Assembly (NCBI RefSeq): GCF_963921235.1
Contig: NC_086108.1
Location: 117,864,001 to 117,928,000, forward strand
Length of the DNA: 64,000 nucleotides
Source: Mobula hypostoma
Lineage: Eukaryota
Direction of reading: 5' to 3'
In this document: piece after piece, positions 12,788-25,307 of the stretch
Layout of the letters: each line of letters begins with the position of its first letter
How positions within the stretch are numbered: the first letter of the stretch is position 1
Translations under genes and position numbers: made by a program
Notes under the pieces: generated by a model
Seen by the model: the letters and a program-made list of their open reading frames with translations, nothing else
What the model was told of the DNA's origin: nothing
The model's database searches: none

Positions 12788-13365
12788 TGTAACTCTCGCT
12801 TCGGCTAGTGGCTTAATATAGGGGATGATAGCTCCCCGGCCTGGTCAAACTTAAGAAATCTGGTTTGGGTGGATGCTGCACAACGTGTCCCCTGTTACAA
12901 ATCAGTACCACAAAATAACAAACAGTACACAAAATGCGATGGAACGATTGAGCTTTATAATTCTTAATTTGACTATATGGTTAATAAAGAAAACAAAAAA
13001 AAAGGGCCCATTCTCATGAAACAGTCTAACGCACAACGTTGGAGCTCACTGATAAAGCTGTTTGTCCACCATCACCCTCCTCCGATCGTCACTGACCTTC
13101 GGACGCTCGCTCCAAGTCCACTCCGACCAGCTGTCTACCAACTCTCTCCATTCGCGTCTTCTCTCCTCATCTCTCCCCGGCAAAAGACCACGAATTTGCG
13201 GCTCCCAGCTACACAAGAAAGAACAACATCCCGCTCATTAGCTAACATGCCCCATTATCTCTAGTCATAACCCAAACATTTCTGTGACAGAGAAAACATT
13301 ACCTTAGCAGTGGAACATTACAGGGAAATCATTACATTAGCAGTGAAACCTTACAGCGTGTTACA
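12788..13365. mobile_element. Solo LTR, 578 bp, related to 5228-5827
   Basis: Perfect TGTAAC...GTTACA termini; flanks TACA/CACA (4-bp TSD with one mismatch); shares acgttggagctca and other blocks with the first LTR. Confidence 0.75.
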
Positions 13366-13649
13366 CACACAAAGATTTCCTTGCATGCTGGTGTGCATGT
13401 GTGTTCATGTGTCCTTGTGTAATTGTGTATGCAAGTATGTATGTGTGAATTTAGCTTCTTGCCCACTACCTTTATCACATCACTTGACATTAACCAGTGG
13501 AAAGAGTGCGGAAAGGATTTACAAGGAGTCCTGAGTTATCGGGAAAGATCAGCTAAGCTAAGTCTTTATTCCTTAGAACAGAAATAAATTTGTGGAGAAA
13601 TCGCAGACTGTTGCAGTAAACATAAGGTTGTTGCAAGAAACATGAGGAG

Positions 13650-14080
13650 ATTAGTGTGACGCTAATACAGCTCAGAGCATTGGAGTTCAGATTTCAATTC
13701 CTGCATCCTCTGTAAGCAAGTTTGTACATTTCGTCCCATGTGCACGTGGATTTTCCTCAGGTGCTCTAGTTTCCTCCCATAGTCCGAAGACTTACCATTT
13801 AGTGGGTTAATTGGTCATGTAAATTGCCCCATGATTTAAGCTGGGCTTTAAATCATTGGGTTGCTGGGTGGCACAGGTAACACAAGAAATAGAAGCAGGA
13901 GTAGGCCATCTGGCCCGTCGAGCCTGCCCCGTCATTCAATAAGATCATGGCTGATCTGGCCATGGACTCATCTCCACCTACCTGCCTTTTCCCCATAACC
14001 CTTAATTCCCCTACAATGCCAAAATCTATCCAACCTTGAAGGGCAGGAAGGGCTGTTCCATGTTGTATCTCGAAAATAAA
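13650..14080 (+). mobile_element. V-SINE (HE1-like) remnant interrupted by a CR1 3' end (about 13879-14035, minus)
   Basis: V-domain-like gtttgtacatt...cgtggattttcctcaggtgctctagtttcctcccatagtccgaagac, with a CR1-like tail gggcaggaagggctgttccatgttgtatctc. Confidence 0.75.
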
Positions 14081-14225
14081 ACAGCAGAACATGGACGTGT
14101 AAAGGCAGAGAGAGGGCTGGACACACAACACTTGGGGAGAAAGATAGTAGGATAGCGTGGAAAAATAATCCTGCATGATCATGAATAGCCTGTTCCATTA
14201 CTCATTTGCCTGATCTTTAATACAG

Positions 14226-14271
14226 AATTGCTTCAATGGAGACAAGAAACAAGATACGCCACTGGATATGG
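14226..14271 (+). CDS. 46-nt coding exon of a Vav-family GEF gene, immediately before the N-terminal SH3 exon
   Basis: Acceptor ctttaatacAG, donor GTGAGT. 15 codons + 1 nt (NCFNGDKKQDTPLDM+G); the terminal G completes GGA with the next exon. As recalled, VAV1 and VAV3 have a 46-nt phase 0 to 1 exon here. Confidence 0.8.
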
Positions 14272-14315
14272 GTGAGTGCATTTCTCAGGGAGGAAATAAT
14301 TCACTGCAGGAGTAG

Positions 14316-15399
14316 CACTGTGGGAGGGGTGGTAGTGAGGGAGGGTCACACTGTGGTAGGGGTGGTAGTGAGGGAGGGTCACACTGTGGGAGGGGTGGTA
14401 GTGAGGGAGGGTCACACTGTGGGAGGGGTGATAGTGAGGGAGGCCAACACTATTGGAAGGGTGGTACTGAGGGAAGGTCACACTGTGGGGTGGTGGTACT
14501 GAGAGAGGGTCACATTGTGGGAGGGGTGGTACTGAGGGAGGGTCACACCGTGGGAGGGGTGGTACTGAGGGAGGGTCACTCTATGGGAGGGGTGGTACTG
14601 AGGGAGAGTCACTCTGTGGGGGGGGCAGCACCGTGCGAGGGTGGTATTGAGAGATTGTCACACTGTGGGAGGGGTGGTACTGAGGGAGGGTCACACTGTG
14701 GGAGGGTTGGTACTGAGGGAGGGTCACTCTGTTGGAGGGGCAGCACTGTGGGAGGGTGGTATTGAGAGAGGGTCACACTGTGGAGGGGTGGTACTGAGGG
14801 AGGGTCACACTGTGGGAGGGGTGGTACTGAGGGAGGGTCACTATGGGAGGGGTGGTACTGAGGGAGAGTCACTCTGTGGGGGGGCAGCACTGTGTGAGGA
14901 TGGTATTGAGAGATTGTCACACTGTGAGAGGGGTGGTACTGAGGGAGGGTCACACTGTGGGGGGGTTGGTACTGAGGGAGGGTCACTCTGTGGGAGGGGT
15001 GGTCCCGAGGGAGAGTCACAGTGTGGGAGGGGTGGTACTCAGGGAGGGTCACTCTGTGGGAGGGTGGTATTGAGAGAGTGTCACACTGTGGGGGGGGGGT
15101 GTTACTGAGGGAGGGTCACACTGTGGGAGGTGTGGTACTGAGGGAGGGTCACACTGTGGGAGGGGTGGTACCGAGGGAGGGTCACACTGTCGGAGGGGTG
15201 GTCCCGAGGGAGGGTCAAAGTGTGGGAGGGGTGGTACTGAGGGAGGGTCACATCGTGAAATGGGTGGTACTGAGGGAGAGTATTGACGGAAGGTCACACT
15301 GTGGGAGGGGCAGTACTGAGGGAGAGTCACACTGGGAGGGACAGTACTGAAGGAAGGTCACACTTTGAGAGAGGGAATACTGAGAGAGGTTCACACTGT
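14316..15399 (+). repeat. 33-bp G-rich minisatellite array, roughly 30 units
   Basis: Unit GAGGGAGGGTCACACTGTGGGAGGGGTGGTACT, with variant and half units. Confidence 0.97.
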
Positions 15400-15526
15400 A
15401 TGAACTCTCTCTCCTACACTTAGAATATCACCAGCAAAATCCTAAAAGAACAGGTTTGGAGACAGTCAGAAGGTTTTGGAGTGTCGAGTGTCATTTTGGT
15501 AGTGAAGTAGAGCAATTTCTCTTCCT

Positions 15527-17654
15527 AGAAACATAGAAACATAGAAAATAGGTGCAGGAGTAGGCCATTTGGCTCTTCGAGCCTGCACCGCCATTCAGTA
15601 TGATCATGGCTGATCATCCAACTCAGAACCCTGTACCAGCCTTCCCTCCATACCCCCGATCCCTTCAGCCACAAGGGCCATATCTAACTCCCTCTTAAAT
15701 ATAGCCAATGAACTGGCCTCAACTGTTTCCTGTGGCAGAGAATTCCACAGATTCACCACTCTCTGTGTGAAGAAGTTTTTCCTCATCTCGGTCCTAAAAG
15801 GCTTCCCCTTTATCCACAAACTGTGACCTCTCGTTCTGGACTTCCCCAACATCAGGAACAATCTTCCTGCATCTAGCCTGTCCAATCCCTTTAGGATTTT
15901 ATACGTTTCAATAAGATCCCCCCTCGATCTTCTAAATTCCAGAGAGTATAAGCCTAGTCGATCCAGTCTTTCTTCATATGAAAGTCCTGCCATCCCAGGA
16001 ATCAATCTGGTGAACCTTCTTTGCATTCCCTCTCTGGCAAGGATGTCTTTCTTCAGATTAGGGGACCAAAACTGCACACAATACTCCAGGTGTGGTCTCA
16101 CCAAGGCCTTGTACAACTGCAGTAGTACCTCCCTGCTCCTGTACTCGAATCCTCTCGCTATAAATGCCAGCGTACCATTCGCCTTTTTCACCACCTGCTG
16201 TACCTGCATGCCCACTTTCAATGACTGGTGTATAATGACACCCAGGTCTCGTTGCACCTCCCCTTTTCCTAATCGGCCACCATTCAGATAATAATCTGTT
16301 TTCCTGTTTTTGCCACCAAAGTGGATAACGTCACATTTATCCACATTAAATTGCATCTGCCATGAATTTGCCCACTCACCTAACCTATCCAAGTCACCCT
16401 GCATCCTCTTAGCATCCTCCTCACAGCTAACACTGCCGGCCAGCTTCATGTCATCCGCAAATTTGGAGATGCTGCATTTAATTCCCTCGTCTAAGTCATT
16501 AATATATGTTGTAAACAACTGGGGTCTCAGTACTGAGCCTTGCAGTACCCCACTAGTCACTGCCTGCCATTCTGAAAAGGTCCTGTTTATTCCCACTCTA
16601 TGCTTCCTGTCTGCCAACCAATTCTCTATGCACATAAACACCATACCCCCAATACCGTGTGCTTTAGTCATAGTCATAGTCATACTTTATTGATCCCGGG
16701 GGAAATTGGTTATGCACACATGTTTAAGTTTGCACACTAATCTCCTGTGTGGGACCTTGTCAAAAGCCTTCTGAAAATCCAAATATACCACATCCACTGG
16801 TTCTCCCCTATCCACTCTACTAGTTACATCCTCAAAAAATTCTATGAGATTCATCAGACATGATTTTCCTTTCACAAATCCATGCTGACTTTGTCTGATG
16901 ATTTCACTGCTTTCCAAATGTGCTGTTATCACATCTTTGATAACTGACTCTAGCGTTTTCCCCACCACCGATGTTAGGCTAACCGGTCTATAATTCCCTG
17001 GTTTCTCTCTCCCTCCTTTTTTAAAAAGCGGGGTTACATTAGCCACCCTCCAATCCTCAGGAACTAGTCCAGAATCTAAAGAGTTTTGAAAAATTATCAC
17101 TAATGCATCCACTATTTCTTGGGCTACCTCCTTAAGCATTCTGGGATGCAGACCATCTGGCCCCAGGGATTTATCTGCCTTTAATCCCTTCATTTTACCT
17201 AACACCACTTCCCTACTAACATGTATTTCCCTCAGTTCCTCCATCTCACTAGACCCTCGGTCCCGTACTATTTCCAGAAGATTATTTATGTCCTCTTTAG
17301 TGAAGGCAGAACCAAAGTAGTTATTCAATTGGTCTGCCATGTCCTTGTCCCCCATGATCAATTCACCTGTTTCTGACTATAAGGGACCTACATTTGTTTT
17401 GACCAATCTTTTTCTTTTCACATATCTATAAAAGCTTTTACAGTCAGTTTTTATGTTCCCTGCCAGTCTACTCTCATAATCTTTTTTCCCTTTCCTAATT
17501 AAGCCCTTTGTCCTCCTCTGCTGGACTCTGAATTTCTCCCAGTCCTCAGGTGAGCCGCTTTTTCTGGCTAATTTGTATGTTTTTTCTTTGGAATTGATAC
17601 TATCCCTGATTTCCCTTGTCAGCCACAGGTGCACTACCTTCCCTGGTTTATTCT
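15527..17654 (-). mobile_element. Young 5'-truncated CR1 LINE (RT), interrupted by a short LINE tail at about 16666-16711
   Basis: Long ORFs 15604-16683 and 16687-17361 with full RT motifs; tail (ATGTTTCT)n at 15527. Confidence 0.95.
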
Positions 17655-18106
17655 GAAAGGTTCTTCTGTTTTGTAAAATTTTTGGTCAATGTCTCTTGAG
17701 CGCTAAACAGTGGCTACACTATGGTGGACTGCCAAAGTTCAAGTCTCCTTGTGTCTGAGATTCAGCAAGAACCTGGGGAAGTGATGTCAGAGACTGAGGA
17801 CACTTCCAAAATGGAGATCAGCGTGTCTTTGTGTATCAGTAGTATGAAGAATCAGAGGGATGTATCTTTTGCAGTCCAAGAGCCACATGAGGGGGTGGAT
17901 TTACCCCAAGCCTGTTAGGGAGGGTTTAAATCAAGTTGGCAGGGGGAAGGAAACCAGGGTGTTAGGGTCGAGGAAGAGGAAAATAGAAATAAGTCAAAGA
18001 TATTGTGCAGCAAAGATGGCAAGAAGGACAGGCAGGTGAGTAGACAGGATAATTTGTTGTGTGATAGAAATATAGCAAAATTGGTAACAGATACTGATCT
18101 AAATGT

Positions 18107-20953
18107 TTCCATGGTCCATGGAGACATTCAAAGTGATTGCGCAACCACCAACTGCGACTCCAGCCTTGAACTCCAGGCCCTGTCTTCACGTGCTGCTATT
18201 GTGACTCCCTTCTCCCCTTCCCCCACCACCACTCTGCAACCCCGTCTCCCTCAGATCCCACCGTCAGCTCCTGGGCGATCAGAGGCTCCATCTTCCTCTC
18301 ACCCCAACCCTCCCCTCTCCACTGACAGCCCCAGCCTCCCCCCTCCCCCCTCTGATCCTAGCTTTCATCCGTGCCGGGTCTTTACCATTCCCTCCGACCT
18401 TCAACTGTCGGAGGCAGAATGCTCTGTCCTCAGTAAGGGCCTCACCTTTGTCCCCCTTCGCCCACACCTCAGCGAGTTCCGTGTTCGCCATGATGTGGAA
18501 CTTTTCTTCCGCCATCTCAGTCTCCGAGCCTACTTCTTCGGCAAGGACTCTTCCACTCCCACTGATGACCCCTTCTCCTGTCTTCAACCCTCCTCTTCTT
18601 CATGGACACCCTGCTTTGGTCTTCTGCCTGCTCTGGATCTCTTTATCGCTAACTGCCGACGGGATATCAATCGACTCGACTTCACCGCACCTTGTTCCCA
18701 TTCCAACCTCACCCCTTTGGAACGCTCTGCTCTCCACTCCCTCCGCACTAATCCTAACCTTATTATTGAACCCGCTGATAAGGGGGTGCTGTTGTAGTCT
18801 GGCGTACTGACCTCTACCTTGCCGAGGCACAGCGACAACTCGCGGATACCTCCTCTTATTTACCCCTCGATCGTGACCCCACTAAGGAGCACCAGGCCAT
18901 TGTCTCCCACATCATCACTGACTTTATCCGTTCAGGGGATCTCCCACCCACTGCTACCAACCTTATAGTTCCCACACCTCGCACTTCCCGTTTCTACCTC
19001 CTACCCAAGATCCACAAACCTGCCTGTCCTGGCCGACCTATTGTCTCAGCTTGCTCCTGCCCCACCGAACTCGTTTCTGCATACCTCGACACGGTTTTAT
19101 CCCCCCTTGTTCAATCCCTTCCTACCTATGTTCGTGACACTTCTCGCGCTCTTAAACTTTTCGATGATTTTAAGTTCCCTGGCCCCCACCGCTTTATTTT
19201 CACCATGGATGTCCAGTCCCTATATACTTCCATCCCCCATCAGGAAGGTCTCAAAGCTCTACGCTTCTTTTTGGATTCCAGACCTAATCAGTTCCCCTCT
19301 ACCACCATTCTGCTCCGACTAGCGGAATTAGTCCTTACTCTTAATAATTTCTCCTTTGGCTCCTCCCACTTCCTCCAAACTAAAGGTGTAGCTATGGGCA
19401 CCCGTATGGGTCCTAGCTATGCCTGCCTTTTTGTTGGCTTTGTGGAACAATCTATGTTCCGTGCCTATTCTGATATCTGTCCCCCACTTTTCCTTCGCTA
19501 CATCGATGACTGCATTGACGCTGCTTCCTGCACGCATGCAGAACTCGTTGACTTTATTAACTTTGCCTCCAACTTTCACCCTACCCTCAAGTTTACCTGG
19601 TCCATTTCTGACACCTCCCTCCCCTTTCTAGATCTTTCTGTCTCTGTCTCTGGAGACAGCTTATCCACTGATGTCTACTATAAGCCTACTGACTCTCACA
19701 GCTATCTGGACTATTCCTCTTCTCACCCTGTCTCTTGCAAAAACGCCATTCCCTTCTCGCAATTCCTCCGTCTCCGCCACATCTGCTCTCAGGATGAGGC
19801 TTTTCATTCTAGGACGAGGGAGATGTCTGCAATTTTTTAAAGAAAGGGGCTTCCCTTCCTCCACTATCAACTCTGCTCTTAAACGCATCTCCCCCATTTC
19901 ACATACATCTGCTCTCACTCCATCCTCCCGCCACCCCACTAGGAATAGGGTTCCCCTGGTCCTCACCTACCACCCCACCAGCCTCCGGGTCCAACATATT
20001 ATTCTCCGTAACTTCCGCCACCTCCAACGGGATCCCACCACTAAGCACATCTTACCCTCCCCCCCTCTCTCTGCATTCCGCAGGGATTGCTCCCTACGCA
20101 GCTCCCTTGTCCATTCGTCCGCCCCATCCCTCCCCACTGATCTCCCTCCTGGCACTTATCCGTGTAAGTGGAACAAGTGCTACACATGCCCTTACACTTC
20201 CTCCCTTACCACCATTCAGGGCCCCAAACAGTCCTTCCAGGTGAGGCAACACTTCACCTGTGAGTCGACTGGGGTGATATACTGCGTCCGGTGCTCCCGA
20301 TGTGGCCTTTTATATATTGGCGAGACCCAACGCAGACTGGGAGACCGCTTTGCTGAACATCTACGCTCTGTCCGCCAGAGAAAGCAGGATTTCCCAGTGG
20401 CCACACATTTTAATTCCACATCCCATTCCCATTCTGACATGTCTATCCACGGCCTCCTCTACTGTAAAGATGAAGCCACACTCAGGTTGGAGGAACAACA
20501 CCTTATATTCCGTCTGGGTAGCCTCCAACCTGATGGCATTAACATCGACTTCTCTAACTTACGCTAATGCCCCACCTCCCCCTCATACCCCATCTGTTAC
20601 TTATTTTTATACACACATTCTTTCTCTCACTCTCCTTTTTCTCCCTCTGTCCCTCTGAATATACCCCTTGCCCATCCTCTGGGTTCCCCCCCCCCTTGTC
20701 TTTCTTCCCGGACCTCCCGTCCCATGATCCTCTCGTATCCCTTTCGCCTATCACCTGTCCAGCTCTTGGCTCCATCCCTCCCCCTCCTGTCTTCTCCTAT
20801 CATTCTGGATCTCCCCCTCCCACTTTCAAATCTCTTACTCACTCTTCCTTAAGTTAGTCCTGACGAAGGGTCTCGGCCTGAAACATCGACTGCACCTCTT
20901 CCTAGAGATGCTGCCTGGCCTGCTGCATTCACCAGCAACTTTTATGTGTGTTG
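18107..20953 (+). mobile_element. Penelope-like element (Neptune-type), 5'-truncated and frameshifted: RT + Cys linker + GIY-YIG + terminal repeat
   Basis: VLSKGLTFVP, PADKG, LPKIHK, GVAMG, RYIDD, VIY..YIGET; stop at 20567. 13-bp TSD CTGATCTAAATGT (18094-18106, 20954-20966). Confidence 0.95.
20855..20892 (+). ncRNA. Minimal type I hammerhead ribozyme motif in the PLE terminal repeat (AUC variant)
   Basis: TAGTC-CTGACGA-AGGGTCTCGGCCT-GAAAC-ATC-GACTG. The core is intact, but the ACGU palindrome is changed to ACAU. Confidence 0.65.
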
Positions 20954-23828
20954 CTGATCTAAATGTACTGTACTTAAATGCACACAGCATTAGAAATAAA
21001 GTGGATGACCTTGTTGTACAGCTACAGGTTAAAAGATATGACATTGTAGCCATCACCGAGTCATGGCTAAATGATGGATGTGATTGGGAGCTGATTGTCC
21101 AAGGATACACAGTGTATAGGAAAGTTAGGAAGGTAGGTAAAGGGGGTGGCGTGGCCCTGATGGTAAGCAACAATATCAAATCACTAGAAAGAAGGGACAT
21201 AGGATCAGAAGAGGTAGAATCCTTATGGGTCAAGTTAAGAAATGGCAAGGGTAAAAAGACACTAATAGCAGTTATATACAGGCCTCCAAACAGCAGCCGG
21301 GATGTGGACTACAAGTTACAGCTAGAAATAGAAAAAGCATGTCAGAAAGAAAATGTCAAGATAATTATGGGGGATTTTAATATGAAAGTGGATTGGGAAA
21401 GTCAGGAAGGCACTGGATCTCAGGAGAGGGAGTTTGTAGAATGTCTACAGGATGGTTTTTTGGAGCAGCTTGTCCATTAGTCCACCAGGGGACCGGCTGT
21501 TTTGGATTGGGTGCTGTGTAACGAACCTGAGGTGATTAGGGAGCTGGACGTTATGGAACCCCTTGGAAGTAGTGAAGTATCATTGAGTTCAGTTTCAAAT
21601 TTGAAAAGGAGAAGCTGGTATCAGGTGTATCGATATTTCAGTGGAAGAAAGGAAATTACAGTGGAATGAGAGAAGAATCGGCCCAAGTCGATTGGAAAAG
21701 TAAGCTAGATGGAGGGTCGGTAGAGCAGAATGGATGAAATTCCTACAAGAAATAAGGAAAGTTCAGGAAAAATATATTCCAAGAAAAAAGAAAATCATGA
21801 GTGGAAAAATGGCACAAATGTGGCTAACGAGAGGTTAAGGCTAAAATAAAAGCAAAAGAGATGGCATACAAGGAAGCAAGAATTAGTGGGAAAACTGAGG
21901 ACTGGACGACTTTTAAAAACTTACAGAAGGGAACTAAGAAAGTCATTAGGAAAGAAAATATGAATTATGAAAGGAAGTTGGCAATTAACATAAAAAAGGA
22001 TACTAAGAGTTTTTTTAAATATATGAAGAGTAAAAGAGTGACATGGGTAGATATAGAACCAATTGAAAATGATGCTGGAGAAATTATAATGGGTAACAAA
22101 GAGATGACGGAGGAACTAAATGAGTATTTTGCATCAGTTTTCACAGTGGAAGATATTAGCAACATACCTGATAGCCAGAGGTCTCAGGGAATAGAATTAG
22201 GTAGTCAAGATTACTAAAGAGAAAGTGCTTGGGAAGCTAAATGAACTAAGAATAGATAAGTCTCCCGGACAGAATAAAGTGCACCCACGGGTTCTGAAGG
22301 AGGTGGCTTTGGAGATTGTGGAGGCATTGGAAATGATCTTCCAGGAATCAATAGACTCTGGCATGGTTCCAGAGGACTGGAAGGTCACAAATGTAGTTCC
22401 GCTGTTTAAGAAAGGAGGGAAGCAGCAAAAAGAAAATTAGTTTGACATCGGTAGTTGGAAAGTTATTGGAGTCAATCCTCAAGGACGAGATCATGAAATA
22501 CCTCGAGGTACATGACAAGATAGGCCCAAGCCGCATGGTTTCATGAAGGGAAGATCCTGCCTCACCAACCTATTGGAATTTTTTGAGGTAATTTCAAATA
22601 AGATTGACAAGGGAGAGGCTGTGGATGTTGTGTATTTGGATTTTCAAAAGGCCTTCGATAAGGTGCCGCATAAGAGGCTGCTTAATAAGATGAGAGCCGA
22701 TGGAATTACAGGAAAGATATTGGAATGGGTGGAGCATTGGCTGATAAGAAGAAAGCAAAGGGTGGGAATAAAGGGATCCTATTCTGATTGGTTGCCGGTT
22801 ACTAGTGGTGTTCCGCAGGGGTTGGTGTTGGGGCTGCTTCTTTTTACAATGTATATCGATGATTTAGATTATGGATTAAATGGTTTTGTGGCTAAGTTTG
22901 CGGACAACACCAAGATAGGTGGAGGAGCAGGAAGTGTTGAAGAAACGGAAAGGTTGCAGAGAATTTTGCTCAGTTTAGGAGAGTGGGCAAAGAAATGGCA
23001 GATGAGATACAATGTTGAGAAATGTACGGTTGTACATTTTGGAAGAAGAAATAATCGGGCAGATTATTATTTAGGTGGGGAGAAAATTCAAAAATCGGAA
23101 GTGCAAAGGGACTTGGGGGTCCTCGTGCAGGATACCCTAAAGGTTAACCACCAGGTTGGATCGGCAGTAAGGAAAGCGAATGCTATGTTGGCATTCATTT
23201 CAAGAGGAATAGTGTATAAGGGTAAGGAGGTGTTGATGAGGCTCTATGGGGCACTGGTGAGACCTCATTTGGAATACTGTGTGCAGTTTTGGGCCCCCTA
23301 TCTTAGAAGGGATGTACTGATGTTGAAGAGAGTTCAGAGAAGATTTACAAGGATGATTCCTGGAATGCAGGGGCTAACATATGAGGAGTGTTTGTCAGCT
23401 CTTGGATTGTATTCATTAGAGTATAGAAGAATGAGAGGGGATCTCATAGAAACATTTCGAATGTTGAAAGGGTTGGACAGAGTAGATGTGGAAAGGCTGT
23501 TTCCCTTGGTGGGTGAGTCCAGGACAAGAGGCCACAGTCTTAGAATTAGAGGGTACCCATTTAAAACAGAGATGAGGAGAAATTTTTTTAGCCAGAGGGT
23601 CGTGGATCCATGGAATTCGTTGCCACATACAGCTGTGGAGACCCGATCATTGAGGGTGTTTAAGGAGGAGATTAATAGGTATCTAATTAGTCAGGGTATA
23701 AAGGGATATAGGGAAAAAGCCAGAAATTGGAACTAGATTGGAGAATAGCATAGCTCATGGTGGAGTGGTGGAGCAGACTCGATGGGCCAAATGGCCTACT
23801 GCTGCTCCTTTGTCTTGTGATCTTGTGA

Positions 23829-24820
23829 AGCCATATGCGTGGAGTATGTCTCCTCAGAGATGGAGAATTGTCCTGCCATACAGGGGCCCTCTTCTGGGGT
23901 GGTATCTCCTGAGCATGCGTCCTGTGTGCTGATGAGCAGTGCCATATTAGAAGGAGCATGTGAGGAGACAGTCTTGCCATCAATAGAGGCTGCACACCCA
24001 CAGCGAGTATTCCCTGCGGAGGGGAAAAACTCTGTAGAACAGGGATCGCCTGTGGGTGGAGTGTCCTTGGGGTTAGTTTCCCAAATTGTTACTTCAGTTG
24101 AGGCCAAATGCAGTGCTGAGGGGCTTCCAGCACTGGGCCACGAAGGCAAAATGTAGTACCTTGGATCACCATCCCGCACAGTTATTCAGAGGGAGGGCGT
24201 CCCAATAGGTGCAGAGTGGAGACACTCCTACTGCTGCTTCCGGGAGGGTGACAAGGGTGTGGAGGTGAGCATGACCCAAGTGGATCGTGTCGTCTGTTCA
24301 AACTCCAGAAGGATTAGTAGGCTGTCTGCTCTGAGTTCAGAGTGCACAGTACAATGACTGGGGGATCTGCCCTGCCCTGCCTCTAGATCCAGTGGTGGCA
24401 GGGCCTCCCTATGTCACTGATCCTGGGGATGAGGTAATGCCTATTGTGGAGCTTCCCATTGGTGCCATGGAGAGGAGTGATTTGGTCATGTCGGGTGCAG
24501 ATGATGACAGCTTGGAGGGTGATGAGGGCGTTAGGCAGTGATGGGGAATAGGAGGACATTCCTGAAGCCGAGAAAGTGGACTTCCTCAAATCCAGCATGG
24601 AGTCACAGCCATCTCTGTGGATGACTACTGGAGAATATCTTTTAAACCCAGCTGGCCACTGATCGCTGGTCAGGTCTGCAAGGGGTTGCTCAGTCTATCC
24701 ACACTATCCTCCAAAAGAAGGGAAGGGGGCTGAAGTGACCCACAAGGAGAGATGCCAAATTAAGAGACTCCTGGAGTCCCTGGAGAAGGGATGCCTGGTG
24801 AAGAAGGGACAGGGCTCCTG
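23829..24820 (+). mobile_element. Probable Tx1/L1-clade ORF1 3' portion, degraded
   Basis: Non-CR1 sequence ending in HKERCQIKRLLESLEK, which resembles Tx1 ORF1 C-termini as recalled; collinear with the Tx1 ORF2 pieces downstream. Confidence 0.45.
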
Positions 24821-25072
24821 TGTGAGGTTGAGATTGCAAAGTAAGCTGGAAAAGGCATGTAATCGGGGTATGACACAATTGTAATGTTGGACTTCAGTAT
24901 GCAATTCAATTGCAGAAATTGGGATGGCGTCAGATTGCAGGAGAGGGAATTTTTTGAATGCCTTCAAGAAGGGGAAGCTTTTAAAATCCAACAAAAGGCA
25001 ACTGAAAAGCTATAAGAAGGGAAAAGATGAAATATGAGGGCAGACTAGCCAATGATATAAAGCAGGATACCA

Positions 25073-25280
25073 AGTGCAACACACACAAAATGCTGGAGGA
25101 ACTCAGCAGGCCCAGCAGCATCTAGGAAAAGTACAGTCAACATTTCCGCCCTAAACCCTTCAGCAGGATGCCTAAGCACCTTCAACTCTTTTCCCAGATG
25201 CTGCCTGGCCTGCTGAGCTCCTCCAGCATTTTGCGTGTTGCTCGGATTTCCAGTATCTGCCGATTTTCTCTTGTTTGTGA
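25073..25280. mobile_element. Fold-back PLE-terminus insertion (diverged subfamily) in a CR1 fragment
   Basis: Inverted arms gcaacac..aaaatgctggaggaactcagcagg / cctgctgagctcctccagcattttg..gttgc; imperfect TSD CAGGATACCA / CAGGATGCCA. Confidence 0.75.
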
Positions 25281-25307
25281 CAGGATGCCAGAAGATTTAG
25301 TTATAAA

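Larger units (their letters stand above)
17905..23828 (+). mobile_element. CR1 LINE with near-complete but disrupted ORF2 (endonuclease + RT), interrupted by a PLE at 18107-20953
   Basis: LNVLYLNAHSIRNK, ITESW, YRPP, GDFN; 397-aa RT ORF at 22543-23736; tail TCTTGTGA repeats. Confidence 0.95.

Noticed and set aside
14233..15350. Repetitive ORFs (LREGHTVGGVV / YHPSHSVTLPQ), also at 48042-48496
   Set aside because: These are by-products of a 33-bp unit with few stops. The frames shift within the array, which lies past a canonical donor and is therefore intronic.
14316..15399. CRISPR-like array
   Set aside because: Head-to-tail repeats with no unique spacers, no cas genes, and a eukaryotic context.
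17721..17918. 65-aa ORF in a non-CR1 segment as a host exon
   Set aside because: No Vav similarity or convincing splice-site pair, and the flanking exons already join in frame.
18003..20567. RT + GIY-YIG as a novel retron or defence-like system, or UvrC
   Set aside because: The domain order, terminal repeat and TSD are those of known Penelope-like retroelements, and the ORF is frameshifted.
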